Positions 1-9,081 are shown, numbered from the stretch's first letter. The stretch: DNA of 64,000 nt from Myxococcota bacterium (GCA_036229005.1 JAZAMN010000020.1:192001-256000), one strand, 5' to 3'. Made by a program: numbers and translations. The notes: generated by a model not told the origin, from the sequence alone.

Positions 1-192
1 TTGGGGCTCCTTTGTCGCCCCGAAGCCGAGCATCAGACACACGCCATCCGTGCTGCGAGCCTCGGCGAGCGCCTGCTGGAACTCCGCAGGGGCTCCGAAG
101 ACCGAGGACTCCTTGTCAGACGGGGGTGCCGCCAGCTCAGGGGTCTCGCTGCAGGCGAGCAAGCTCAGCAGCGTGAGTGCAGTCGGTCCCAT
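1..192 (-). CDS. Putative lipoprotein, runs off the left window edge (not in ORF track)
   Basis: Manual translation MGPTALTLLSLLACSETPELAAPPSDKE...; LLAC lipobox; GGAGAG RBS upstream; open to position 1. Confidence 0.6.
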   Translation of the reverse strand, partial: MGPTALTLLSLLACSETPELAAPPSDKESSVFGAPAEFQQALAEARSTDGVCLMLGFGATKEPQ

Positions 193-234
193 CTCTCTCC
201 CCTAAAAGCTGCGGGCTACCCGCCCCGCTGCACT

Positions 235-442
235 CTACTCCGGCCGCTCCAACACCCGCTGGTCCCCACCCGAGCTCCCATCGAGCTCCAGCTCGGAGAT
301 CAGCACGGGCGGGACGGCCCAGGCGCCGGGCATGCCGCCGACGGCGCCGAGGTAGAAGCGCTCGCTGCCGGGGGGGGCCGTCCATGACGCCGATGTAGTC
401 GCCGGTCTCGCCGGCCAGGGTGGCGTCCCGCAGGACGCGCCC
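235..442 (-). pseudogene. Orphan duplicate of the last ~67 codons of the tldE/pmbA-like gene
   Basis: Translates RVLRDATLAGETGDYIGVMDGPP(+1 in G8 run)GSERFYLGAVGGMPGAWAVPPVLISELELDGSSGGDQRVLERPE*; 59/67 aa identical to 5663-5866; no 5' part. Confidence 0.85.
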
Positions 443-2890
443 TCAGCGCAGCGCGATCCCCAACACGTCGGCGAGCACCCCCGCCGCCGTCACGTCGCCG
501 CCCGCGCCCGGCCCCTGGACCACCAGCGGCTGCCGCGGGTAGCGCCGGGTCGTGAAGGCCACCAGCGAAGCCGCCCCCCGCAGCGCAAAGGCCGGATGGG
601 ACTCCTCCACGAACACAGGGCCCACCACCAGGCTGGGCTGCGGCTCCAGCTCCACCGTGGCCAGGTAGCGCAGCCGCCGACCCTGCTTGGCCTCCAGCTC
701 GATGCGGGCTCGCAGCTCCGCCCCAAACTCGCCCAGCGCCCCCAGGAACTCCTGGGGTCCCTCGATCTCCAGCAGCGCCTGGGGCACCAGCGGCTCCACC
801 TGCACATCGCACAGTTCCAGGCGCAGCCCCAGCTCCCGGGCCAGGATCAGCGCCTTCCGCGCCGCGTCCGTGCCCGCCAGGTCCTCCTGCGGCCGCGGCT
901 CCGTGAAGCCCCGCTCCATGGCGAGGCCCACCGCCTCATCCAGCGCCATGCCCCCACTCAGCGCATCACACAGAAAGCCCAGCGTCCCGGACAGCGAACC
1001 CTGGATCCGGGTCACCCGATCCCCGGTGCGCAACAGATCCTGCAGCGTGGAGATCACCGGCAGCGCAGCCCCCACCGTGGTCTCGTAGCTCCAGCTCCGG
1101 TGCGCCTCCGCCCGCGCTGCCCGCAGCCGGTCCACCGTCCCCAGCGGCAGGGTCAGCGGCTTCTTGTTCGCACCGACCACGTGGATGCCCCGGCTCCAGG
1201 CCGCCTCATACAGACCCGCCAGCGCGCCAGATGCCGTACAGTCCACCAGCACCGGCTCGTGCAGCCCCGCCAGCCAGTCCAGCACAGACTCCGTCACGGG
1301 TCCCCAGGGGCCCTCCGTCTGCTCGCCGCCCTCCAGCAGAGCTGACCAGTCCTCCAGAGCCAGGCCCCGAGAGTCTGTGACGACCCGCCTTCGGTCCGCG
1401 AGCCCCACCACCCGGAGCTCCAGTCCGTGCTCCTTCTCCAGCACCGGGGCCTGTTCGTGAATCTGTGTGAGCATCGCACTCCCCACGGTCCCCTTCCCCA
1501 GCACCAGCAGGCTCGCGCGTCTGTGCGCCAGGTGAAACGCATCGTGCACCCGCCGCACCGCCTGCGGCAGCGACTCTTGGCGCACCACACACGAGATCGA
1601 CCGCGCCGACGCCGACTGCCCGATCGCCAGCACGTTGATGCCCAGGCTCCCCAGCGCCGAGAACAGACGGCCCGCCACGTTGGGCGTGCGCCCCATCGCC
1701 TCGGCCACCAGGGTCAGCAGCGCCACCCCACCGTGCACCTTGGGTTCTTTGAGCTCCCCCCGCGCCAGCTCCCCCGCGAAGGCCTCTGTGATGGCCTTGA
1801 GCACCGCCTGCTGGTTCTGTGCGGGGACCACCACGCTCATGGCCTGCCCGTGCGCCGAGTGGGTGGCCAACCACAGTTGATCCACGACGGGGTCGAGGGC
1901 TCTGTGCAGTCGCTCAGCCAGCGGCCCACCGCGAGACACCGTCTGTAGCTGGAGATCGATCAGGATCTGCCCCTCAAGCGAGGTCACCGAGGTCGCGTTG
2001 CGCTCGTCGTTGCTGCCCAGCGGCGTGATCCAGGTCCCGGGGGCGTCGGGTGCGTCCAGGTTGCGGATCCACAGCGAGATGCCGTCCTGACGCAGCGGCA
2101 GCATGGTGCGTCGGTGCAGCACCCGCGCCCCGAAGGTGGCCAGCTCCAGCGCCTCATCGTAGGAGAGCTGCTCCAGCGGCCGGGCGTCGTCGACCAGCTT
2201 GGGATCGGCGCTCAGCACGCCGTCCACGTCCGTCCAGATCTGTACCTGATCCGCGCCCAGCCCCTGCGCCAGGAGGGTCGCGCTGTAGTCCGATCCATTG
2301 CGGCCCAGGGTGGCGGTGCCCCCGCCGCGGCGCTGGGCGATGAAGCCGGTGACCACCGGAATACAGTCTCCCCACCCGGCCTGCAGGGTCCGCAAGCGCT
2401 CAAAGGAGGCATCGAGCTCCACCAGACCCCGGGGACCCTCCACCAGCAGCCAGGTGCGGGCGTCCACGGCCTGGGCTGGCACACCCGACACAGAGAGCGC
2501 GCTGGCCACCACCTGCGAGGCGACCAGCTCGCCGTAGGCGAGGACCCGGTCCCGCACGCCATCGGGGACCTCCCCCAGCAAGCGCACCCCCTCCAGCAGC
2601 GAGCGCAGCTCGCCCCGCAGGATCTCCAGGCGAGCCCCGACTGCGGCCGGCAGCTCGTACTGTGTTGTGTCTCGCGCCAGGGCCTCCAACCCATCTGTGA
2701 CGGCTTCGGAGTCCCCGCGCTGCGCGGCATCCAGGAGCGCGAGCAGAGAGTCTGTGGTGCCTCCGAGCGCGCTGACGACCACTGCGACGGGGGACTGTGT
2801 GGCCTGTTCGCGCACGTGGCCGACCACGCGCTGGACATGGGCCGGGGAGCCCAGCGAGCTCCCCCCGAACTTGAGGACGACATGGCTCAT
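443..2890 (-). CDS. metL: Bifunctional aspartate kinase / homoserine dehydrogenase (MetL/ThrA type)
   Basis: Start MSHVVLKFGGSS; TLGRNGSDYSA, IWTDVDG, ACT region, YETTVGAALP, GSLSGTL, GPGAGGDVTAAGVLAD; ATGA overlap with metX stop; metL vs thrA chosen from context. Confidence 0.9.
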   Translation of the reverse strand: MSHVVLKFGGSSLGSPAHVQRVVGHVREQATQSPVAVVVSALGGTTDSLLALLDAAQRGDSEAVTDGLEALARDTTQYELPAAVGARLEILRGELRSLLEGVRLLGEVPDGVRDRVLAYGELVASQVVASALSVSGVPAQAVDARTWLLVEGPRGLVELDASFERLRTLQAGWGDCIPVVTGFIAQRRGGGTATLGRNGSDYSATLLAQGLGADQVQIWTDVDGVLSADPKLVDDARPLEQLSYDEALELATFGARVLHRRTMLPLRQDGISLWIRNLDAPDAPGTWITPLGSNDERNATSVTSLEGQILIDLQLQTVSRGGPLAERLHRALDPVVDQLWLATHSAHGQAMSVVVPAQNQQAVLKAITEAFAGELARGELKEPKVHGGVALLTLVAEAMGRTPNVAGRLFSALGSLGINVLAIGQSASARSISCVVRQESLPQAVRRVHDAFHLAHRRASLLVLGKGTVGSAMLTQIHEQAPVLEKEHGLELRVVGLADRRRVVTDSRGLALEDWSALLEGGEQTEGPWGPVTESVLDWLAGLHEPVLVDCTASGALAGLYEAAWSRGIHVVGANKKPLTLPLGTVDRLRAARAEAHRSWSYETTVGAALPVISTLQDLLRTGDRVTRIQGSLSGTLGFLCDALSGGMALDEAVGLAMERGFTEPRPQEDLAGTDAARKALILARELGLRLELCDVQVEPLVPQALLEIEGPQEFLGALGEFGAELRARIELEAKQGRRLRYLATVELEPQPSLVVGPVFVEESHPAFALRGAASLVAFTTRRYPRQPLVVQGPGAGGDVTAAGVLADVLGIALR

Positions 2891-3957
2891 GGTGTGGTCC
2901 CTCCCAGGACCCGGGCGAAGATGGGGCCGAGCTGGCCCCACTCCAGAAGGAAGGCGTCGTGCCCGTGAGGGCTGGCGAGTTCGTGGTAGACGGCGCCGGG
3001 GATGCGGGCCGCCAGGGCCTGGACCGCAGCGGCCGGAAAGAGCTGGTCTGTGTCGATTCCGACCAGGTGTGTGTGAGGCAGCCGCGCCAGGCCCCAGGGC
3101 TCTGTTGGCCTCCAGGACTCCCCCGGATCCCGAGGGGGCCGCCGCTCGATGTCGTGGTGGTCCATCGCGTCCAACTGACACAGATAGGCGCGGGGGTCGA
3201 AGCGGTCGGCCAGCTTGCGGCCCTGGTGCTGCAGGTAGGTCTGTAGCTTGTAGGGTTGCACCGCGCTCCAGTCGGCGCAGGTCTGTGCGCGCCCCTGCCG
3301 GAGCTCCAGGCCGGGGTTGGCCCGGTAGCTCAGGTGGGCAAGCTGCCGGGCGCGCTCCAGTCCGTGTTCGTGGTCGGCCAGGATGCACTGGCGGCCGACG
3401 TGGTTCCAGCCCATCACCCACGGACTCGTGCGCTCCTGGGCCGCCAGGACCAGCAGGCGCCCGATACGCTCAGGGGCCAGCACACCCAGACACAGAGCGA
3501 TCATGCCCCCCAGCGAGCCCCCGGCGCAGAGCTCCAGGCGCGCCACGCCCAGGCGGTCCAGGGCCAGGAGCAGGGCGCGCGCCTGGTCCCAGGGGGTGAT
3601 GGGCGCGGGCAGCCAGTCCTCGTCTGTGGGAGGGAGCCCCTGGGTGCCCGCCGGGGCCCGGACACCCGGGACCTGTGCCAGGCGGGGGAAGCCTTGGGTC
3701 CGGGGCCCGGTGGAGCCATAGCAGGATCCCAGGTTGTTGAAACACAGAGTGCGGAAGCGCCCCGTGTCCACCTCCTTCCCCGGCCCCACGACCCCAGACC
3801 ACCACTGCTGGGGTCTGTGGTCGCCGGTCAGAGCGTGGATCACCAGCACCACGGGCGCATCCGCGGGCCCAAGGTCGCTCAGCGCCAGCGCCACATTGGG
3901 CAACTGTACGCCGCACTCCAGGGTCAGCGGCCCCAGCTCCAGCACAGACTCGCTCAC
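2887..3957 (-). CDS. metX: Homoserine O-acyltransferase (MetX family)
   Basis: GTG start overlapping metY stop (GTGA); HALTGD, NNLGSCYGSTGP, GGSLGG nucleophile, DQLFP, HGHDAFL. Confidence 0.9.
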   Translation of the reverse strand: MSESVLELGPLTLECGVQLPNVALALSDLGPADAPVVLVIHALTGDHRPQQWWSGVVGPGKEVDTGRFRTLCFNNLGSCYGSTGPRTQGFPRLAQVPGVRAPAGTQGLPPTDEDWLPAPITPWDQARALLLALDRLGVARLELCAGGSLGGMIALCLGVLAPERIGRLLVLAAQERTSPWVMGWNHVGRQCILADHEHGLERARQLAHLSYRANPGLELRQGRAQTCADWSAVQPYKLQTYLQHQGRKLADRFDPRAYLCQLDAMDHHDIERRPPRDPGESWRPTEPWGLARLPHTHLVGIDTDQLFPAAAVQALAARIPGAVYHELASPHGHDAFLLEWGQLGPIFARVLGGTTP

Positions 3958-5231
3958 AGACCAGCCAGCGCCTGATCCAGGTCGGCGACCAGGTCCTCGA
4001 TGTGCTCCAGCCCCACGGAGAGCCGCAACAGATCCTGGGTGACCCCCGTGCTCTCCTGCTGCTCGGGGGTGAGCTGCTGGTGGGTGGTGGACGCGGGGTG
4101 GATGATCAGGCTGCGGGTGTCGCCGATGTTGGCCAGCAGCGAGAAGAGCTGGGTGTTGTCCGCGACCTGCCGCCCGGCAGAGAGGCCCCCCTTGACGCCG
4201 AAGGTCAGCAGCCCGCCAAAGCCGCCGGTGAAGTAGCGCTTGGCGGTGGCGTGCCCGGGGTCGCCCTTGAGCCCGGGGTAGCGCACCCATGCGACCTTGG
4301 GGTGCTGCTCCAGCCAGGTGGCCAGGGCCAGGGCGTTGCGGCTGTGGCGCTCGACCCGCAGGTGCAGGGTCTCCAGGCCCTGGATGAATCCGTGTGCGTT
4401 GAAGGGGGAGATGCACGCGCCGAAGTCGCGCAGGCCCTCGATGCGGGCGCGCAGGATGAACGCGAGCGCGCCGAGGTCCTTGAGCTGGAGTCCGTGATAG
4501 CCGGGGTGGGGCTCGGTGAACTCGGGGAACTTGCCGTTGGCCCAGTCGAAGCTGCCGCCGTCCACGATGGCCCCGCCGATGCCGGTTCCGTGGCCGCCGA
4601 TGTACTTGGTGCAGCTATTGACCACGATGTTCGCGCCCACGCTCAGGGGGCGGACCAGCGCGGGGCTGGCGGCGGTGTTGTCCACGATCAGCGGGATCTG
4701 TGCGTCGCGGGCGATGGCCCCGATGGCCTCGAAGTCCGGGGGGATCAGCGAGGGGTTGGGGAGGGACTCCAGGTAGATGGCGCGGGTCTTGGGCGTGATG
4801 GCGTCGGCGAAGGCCTGGGGGTCTGTGTGGTCCACAAAGCGGGTCTGTATGCCCAGGCGGCCCAGGGAGTTTGCCAGCAGGTTGTAGGTGCCCCCGTAGA
4901 CCCCGGTGCCGGAGATCAGCTCGTCTCCGGGGCGCAGGATGCTGAGCAGCGCCAGGGTCTCCGCGGCCTGTCCGCTGGCCAATGCGAGCCCGGCCTGGCC
5001 CTCCTCCAGGGCGGCCAGGCGCTTCTCCAGGACGTCGGCGGTGGGGTTTGTGATGCGGGTGTAGATGGGCCCGGGGTCGCTGAGGGCGAAGCGCGCCGCG
5101 GCGTGCTCGCTGTCCCGGAAGACGTAGGAGGCCGTGTGGTAGATGGGCACCGCGCGGCTGCCGGTGGTGGGGTCGGGGTCGTAGCCCGCGTGCAAGGCCA
5201 GGGTCTGGGGGCGGTAGTCAGGCTTGGACAT
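3954..5231 (-). CDS. metY: O-acetylhomoserine aminocarboxypropyltransferase (sulfhydrylase)
   Basis: TGSRAVPIY, IYTRITNPT, ASGQAA, PLP lysine SCTKYIGGHG, ANIGDTRSLIIHPASTTH. Confidence 0.93.
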   Translation of the reverse strand: MSKPDYRPQTLALHAGYDPDPTTGSRAVPIYHTASYVFRDSEHAAARFALSDPGPIYTRITNPTADVLEKRLAALEEGQAGLALASGQAAETLALLSILRPGDELISGTGVYGGTYNLLANSLGRLGIQTRFVDHTDPQAFADAITPKTRAIYLESLPNPSLIPPDFEAIGAIARDAQIPLIVDNTAASPALVRPLSVGANIVVNSCTKYIGGHGTGIGGAIVDGGSFDWANGKFPEFTEPHPGYHGLQLKDLGALAFILRARIEGLRDFGACISPFNAHGFIQGLETLHLRVERHSRNALALATWLEQHPKVAWVRYPGLKGDPGHATAKRYFTGGFGGLLTFGVKGGLSAGRQVADNTQLFSLLANIGDTRSLIIHPASTTHQQLTPEQQESTGVTQDLLRLSVGLEHIEDLVADLDQALAGL

Positions 5232-5453
5232 GGGGGAGCTCCTGGGAGGTTTGTGTGAGGTTTAGGGTGGAGACAGAGCGGTCCGCCCCCCACTTCTGTG
5301 TGGGGTCTCACGGACCGGACAGCAGCACACACCAGCGCGCGGCGACCGCCGACTCAGGGAGTCGTCACGGAGCAGCCACCCGCGGGCGGGGCTTGGAGGC
5401 GCGTCTTGTTGTGGGGGTTACGGCTGGTGTGGCGAGACGGGCGCGCGCACCAG
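5232..5453 (-). promoter_or_regulatory. Candidate attenuator region between leader peptide and metY
   Basis: mRNA CACACCAGC (5423-5431) can pair with GCUGGUG at the leader stop (5448-5454) or GCUGGUGUG (5328-5336); C-rich/G-poor tracts; no U-tail terminator. Confidence 0.5.
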
Positions 5454-5531
5454 CTAGGACATGCAGACACACATCGCCATGGCACCCAGACAGGGCGCGC
5501 AAGCTGCGGCGATGTGCATGTTGGTCTTCAC
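5454..5531 (-). CDS. Putative Met/Cys-rich leader peptide MKTNMHIAAACAPCLGAMAMCVCMS
   Basis: GTG start, TAG stop; 4 internal Met + 4 Cys in 25 codons; directly upstream of and co-oriented with met operon. Confidence 0.7.
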   Translation of the reverse strand: MKTNMHIAAACAPCLGAMAMCVCMS

Positions 5532-5538
5532 GTTGAAG

Positions 5539-5568
5539 AAAATACGGCGCACACCCCTCGCTGCGCAA
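5539..5568 (-). promoter_or_regulatory. Sigma70-like promoter of the met leader
   Basis: TTGCGC-N18-TATTTT, 7 nt before the leader GTG. Confidence 0.55.
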
Positions 5569-5662
5569 GAGCCAGGCCTGTGACAGTTGCCACAGCCTCC
5601 AGATTCCAGTTGTTGAACCAAGACTCTGGAGCACTGAACTTTCTTCGGTTCGCGACGATTCG

Positions 5663-7357
5663 CTATTCCGGACGCGCCAACACCCGCTGATCGCCCCCCG
5701 AGCTCCCATCCAGCTCCAGCTCGGAGATCAGCACCGGCGGCACCGCCCAGGCGCCGGGCAGGCCGCCCACAGGTCCGATGTAGAAGCGCTCGCTGCCTGG
5801 GGGGCCGTCCATCACGCCCACGTAGTCGGCGGTCTCCCCCGCCATCACCGCATCCCGCAGCACGCGGCGGTCCACGCCGGAGAACTGCAGGCCGCGCACG
5901 GGCTGCTGGGTGCCGTCCGGCAGGAGCAGGTAGGCCTCGTAGGGGCGAGTGAGGCCGGCGCCGGGGCCGTCCCCCATGAAGGTGACGTCGAAGTCCTCGG
6001 TCACGGCGGGGGGCTCGATGCGCCGGATCACCAGCAGGCCCTCGTTGCCGGTCTGCTGGGCCATCCGCAGGCCCTTGCGCTCCAGGGCCTTGAGGCGGCG
6101 GCTGCGCTTGGGCTCCACCCGCACGTTGGAGGGCATGGCCTCGCGGCGGCTGCTGCCCAGGCCCCGGCCGTGGCCGGTGCTCTCCCCGTCCACATCCGCG
6201 GGGATGCGGCTCATCAGGACCCGGCGCACGACGCCGTCCTCAACGAGCTCCACCTCCTGGCCGGGGACGCCTTCGTGGTCGTAGGTGTAGCGGCCGGCGG
6301 CGCCGGGGGTGTCGGGGGTGTCCACCACGCGCCAGCCGGCGGGCATCAAGCGGCGGCCGACCCGGGCGGTGGCGCGGGCGATGGGGGCCTCGCCGAACAT
6401 GCCGCGGCCCTCGGCCTCGGGGGGCGTGCCCACGAACTCGGCTGCGGCGAGCTGACGGTAGAGCTCGACGGAGGCGGCATCATCAAAGAGCACTGGTCCC
6501 AGGTACTCCTTGAGCACAGGGGCGTCCTCCAACGCCACGAGCCAGTCGGCCATCTCGCGCACCTCGGCCTCCATCTGTTCGATGGGGGGCAGCTCGCCTG
6601 CGTGGCGGGCGACCCAGGACCGGCCGTTGCGCAGCCGGCTGCCGTCGGAGTGCTTGTAGACCGCCTCCACCCGGATCACGACGTAGCCCGTCTCGGTGGC
6701 GAGCTTGGTGCCCTCGGAGTTCACCAGGAGGCGGACGCCCTGCCAGTCGCTGCCGGCGGCCACCCCCGACTCGAGCTGGGGGTACTCGGCCAGCACCCCG
6801 CTGAGGTGGGTGATGCGCTCCTCCAGTCCGGGGGCGTCGATGGTAAAGGGCTGCGCGTCCAGATCGACCGTGGGCGTCACGGGGTACATCGCGGGGGGCT
6901 TCTCCTCGCTCTGGTCGCCGGGGGGCAGCTCAGCCACCTTGCGGGAGAGCTGCTCGACGGACTGCTTGTAGGCGATGTCCGTGGCCAGCCAGAGCTCGCG
7001 GCCCAGGGCCACGGGATCGTCTTCGTGAGGCAGGTGGGCGCTGAGCACCCCGCCGGGCTCGCCGAAGGCGGCGAAGTTGGCGGAGTCGAAGCTGGAGTCT
7101 CCAGCCCGGGACTCCACCCGCAGGACGCGGTGGGGGCGCGTCTCCCGCGCCATGACCGCCCCAAAGTCGGCGTACACCGTGGTGACCTCGCCGTCTACGA
7201 CCTCGTAGGACAGCCACCAGGGGGGCGACTCGTCCGGGAGGTGCAGCTCAGATGTGGCGCGGGCCAGCTCCTCCTCCATCACCCCCAACAGAAGCTGCTG
7301 GGACTCGGCGGTCGGGGGCGCGGCCAGGGCGGACAGGGAGAGCAGCAGGGGGATCAT
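5663..7357 (-). CDS. TldE/PmbA-like protein with signal peptide
   Basis: Start MIPLLLSLSALA overlapping tldD stop (ATGA); YLGPVLF, YDHEGVP, STGHGR, SNVRV; lacks HExxxH. Confidence 0.75.
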   Translation of the reverse strand: MIPLLLSLSALAAPPTAESQQLLLGVMEEELARATSELHLPDESPPWWLSYEVVDGEVTTVYADFGAVMARETRPHRVLRVESRAGDSSFDSANFAAFGEPGGVLSAHLPHEDDPVALGRELWLATDIAYKQSVEQLSRKVAELPPGDQSEEKPPAMYPVTPTVDLDAQPFTIDAPGLEERITHLSGVLAEYPQLESGVAAGSDWQGVRLLVNSEGTKLATETGYVVIRVEAVYKHSDGSRLRNGRSWVARHAGELPPIEQMEAEVREMADWLVALEDAPVLKEYLGPVLFDDAASVELYRQLAAAEFVGTPPEAEGRGMFGEAPIARATARVGRRLMPAGWRVVDTPDTPGAAGRYTYDHEGVPGQEVELVEDGVVRRVLMSRIPADVDGESTGHGRGLGSSRREAMPSNVRVEPKRSRRLKALERKGLRMAQQTGNEGLLVIRRIEPPAVTEDFDVTFMGDGPGAGLTRPYEAYLLLPDGTQQPVRGLQFSGVDRRVLRDAVMAGETADYVGVMDGPPGSERFYIGPVGGLPGAWAVPPVLISELELDGSSGGDQRVLARPE

Positions 7358-9081
7358 GCGGACTCCCGGGTGTTCAGAGCGGCGGGGCGGTCGGCGGCGG
7401 ACTGGGGCGCCTCGGGCGGGGGCAGCAGCGGCGGTCGGTCGTTCTCCTTCTCCTTGCGCTGCACCTCGATCTCGTTGAGCAGCAGGCTGGGTGCGACCGC
7501 GGAGACGGGGACCCAGCCGGACTCTGCGCCGCACACGCCGTTGAACACCGCGGGGTCGTCGGCGGCGGCCTCGATGCGGGAGAAGGTGGTCAGGGGGGTG
7601 CCGATGAAGTCGCCTCCGCGCACCAGCTCGTCGGGGCGGCCGTCGGGGTAGACCTTCCAGACGCTGACGGGGCGCACGTTGAAGGAGTTGGGGGTGACGC
7701 GTCCGGTCAAGGTGAACCCGCCGGTGATGTCATCCACGACCAGGCCATAGGGCTTGCCCTGCTCCTGGATCTCGGCGATCAGCATCTCCCGGAGCTCGGC
7801 GTAGGAGACGGTCTCGTGGGCCTCCACGATCAGGTTCCCCTGGCGCGCGACGATGGCGTTGCCGGGCTGGCGGCGGCCGTGGCCGTTGGAGTGGTCGAAG
7901 CCCTCGATGGGGGCCCGGGACATCAGGAAGCCCTGGAGCTCTCCGTGGTCGATCAGCGACACGCGCTGCGCGGGCACGCCCTCGTCGTCGTAGGGGTAGA
8001 AGCCGTTGAGGTCCACGCCCGCCAGGCTCGCGGTGGTGGGGTCGTCATAGACCGACAGGAACTCAGGAAGAACCTGCTCTCCCACCATGTCGGTGAAGGT
8101 CTGTCCCTCGTCCTCGTCCTTCTGGCGGTGGCCCTCGATGCGGTGGCCGAAGATCTCGTGGAAGAACACCCCGGCGGCGCGGCCGCGCAGGATGGCGGGG
8201 CCGGTGTAGGGCTCCAGCAGGGGGGCGTTCCGCAGGTCGGTCACGCGCTGTCCCGCCGCGCGCGCCATCTCTTGGACCGCGGCCGGGTCGGGCAGGCCAT
8301 CTTCCGAGGAGGCGTCCACGTAGTCGTAGACCGAGAGCTGGGCGCCGTCCTCGGCCACCGACATGGCGTAGACGCTGACCCGGTAGCGCACCCGGCTGTG
8401 CTGGATGCGGGTGCCCTCGCTGTTGACCACGACGAAGTCCTGGAGCTCGGCGTGCAGCTCGACCCCGGACTGGTGGACCTCGGGGTACTCCAGGAAGACC
8501 GCGCTCACCTCGCGCAGGGTGCCCTCCCAGGCGGGGTCGACGGCCAGCGCGCCCTGGGGCCGCAGATCCACGACGGGGTCGGCGGGGGAGAAGTCATCGG
8601 AGCTGTCCTCTCGCTCCACCTTGACCGCCTGATTGGCGCGCACCTTGGTCATGCGGCGCACAGCCTGCTGGTAGGCGTCGTCCAGCTCCCGCCATAGGAT
8701 GATCTCCGCGGCGTCCAGGGTGGCCTGGTCCTCCCCCAGCGGCAGGCGCACCAGGCTGCGGGCTTCCTCGGAGAACCAGCCGGCGTCCAGCAGCTTGTGG
8801 GTGTTGTCGAGCTGGTGGCTGCCCACGCGGATGTCGAGATCGGCGACCCGGCTGTCTCGGATGGAGCTGGAGTGCAGCGCCCCGTTCACCGCGGCGATCC
8901 GCTCGGTGTGGGTGTCGGTGATCCCGATCGCCAGGTGATAGGGCGCCTCGTCCTGGTCGGAGAGGGCCTCCATCGTGTGCGCCACCATGGCCTCGGCCAG
9001 GGTGAGCATCGGCGAGGCGGCGGCCGGGGGGGCGTCGTCTCCGGCGCTCGCGGTGAGAGCGGAGAGCAGCAGCAGCGTCAT
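7354..9081 (-). CDS. tldD: TldD-family metalloprotease with signal peptide
   Basis: FFHEIFGHRIEGH zinc motif, YDDEGVPAQ, SNGHGR, NGVCGAESG. Confidence 0.85.
   Translation of the reverse strand: MTLLLLSALTASAGDDAPPAAASPMLTLAEAMVAHTMEALSDQDEAPYHLAIGITDTHTERIAAVNGALHSSSIRDSRVADLDIRVGSHQLDNTHKLLDAGWFSEEARSLVRLPLGEDQATLDAAEIILWRELDDAYQQAVRRMTKVRANQAVKVEREDSSDDFSPADPVVDLRPQGALAVDPAWEGTLREVSAVFLEYPEVHQSGVELHAELQDFVVVNSEGTRIQHSRVRYRVSVYAMSVAEDGAQLSVYDYVDASSEDGLPDPAAVQEMARAAGQRVTDLRNAPLLEPYTGPAILRGRAAGVFFHEIFGHRIEGHRQKDEDEGQTFTDMVGEQVLPEFLSVYDDPTTASLAGVDLNGFYPYDDEGVPAQRVSLIDHGELQGFLMSRAPIEGFDHSNGHGRRQPGNAIVARQGNLIVEAHETVSYAELREMLIAEIQEQGKPYGLVVDDITGGFTLTGRVTPNSFNVRPVSVWKVYPDGRPDELVRGGDFIGTPLTTFSRIEAAADDPAVFNGVCGAESGWVPVSAVAPSLLLNEIEVQRKEKENDRPPLLPPPEAPQSAADRPAALNTRESA

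Noticed and set aside
5232..5662. SAM riboswitch or T-box upstream of metY
   Set aside because: No recognisable SAM-I core, T-box consensus or U-tailed terminator by eye; Rfam scan still needed
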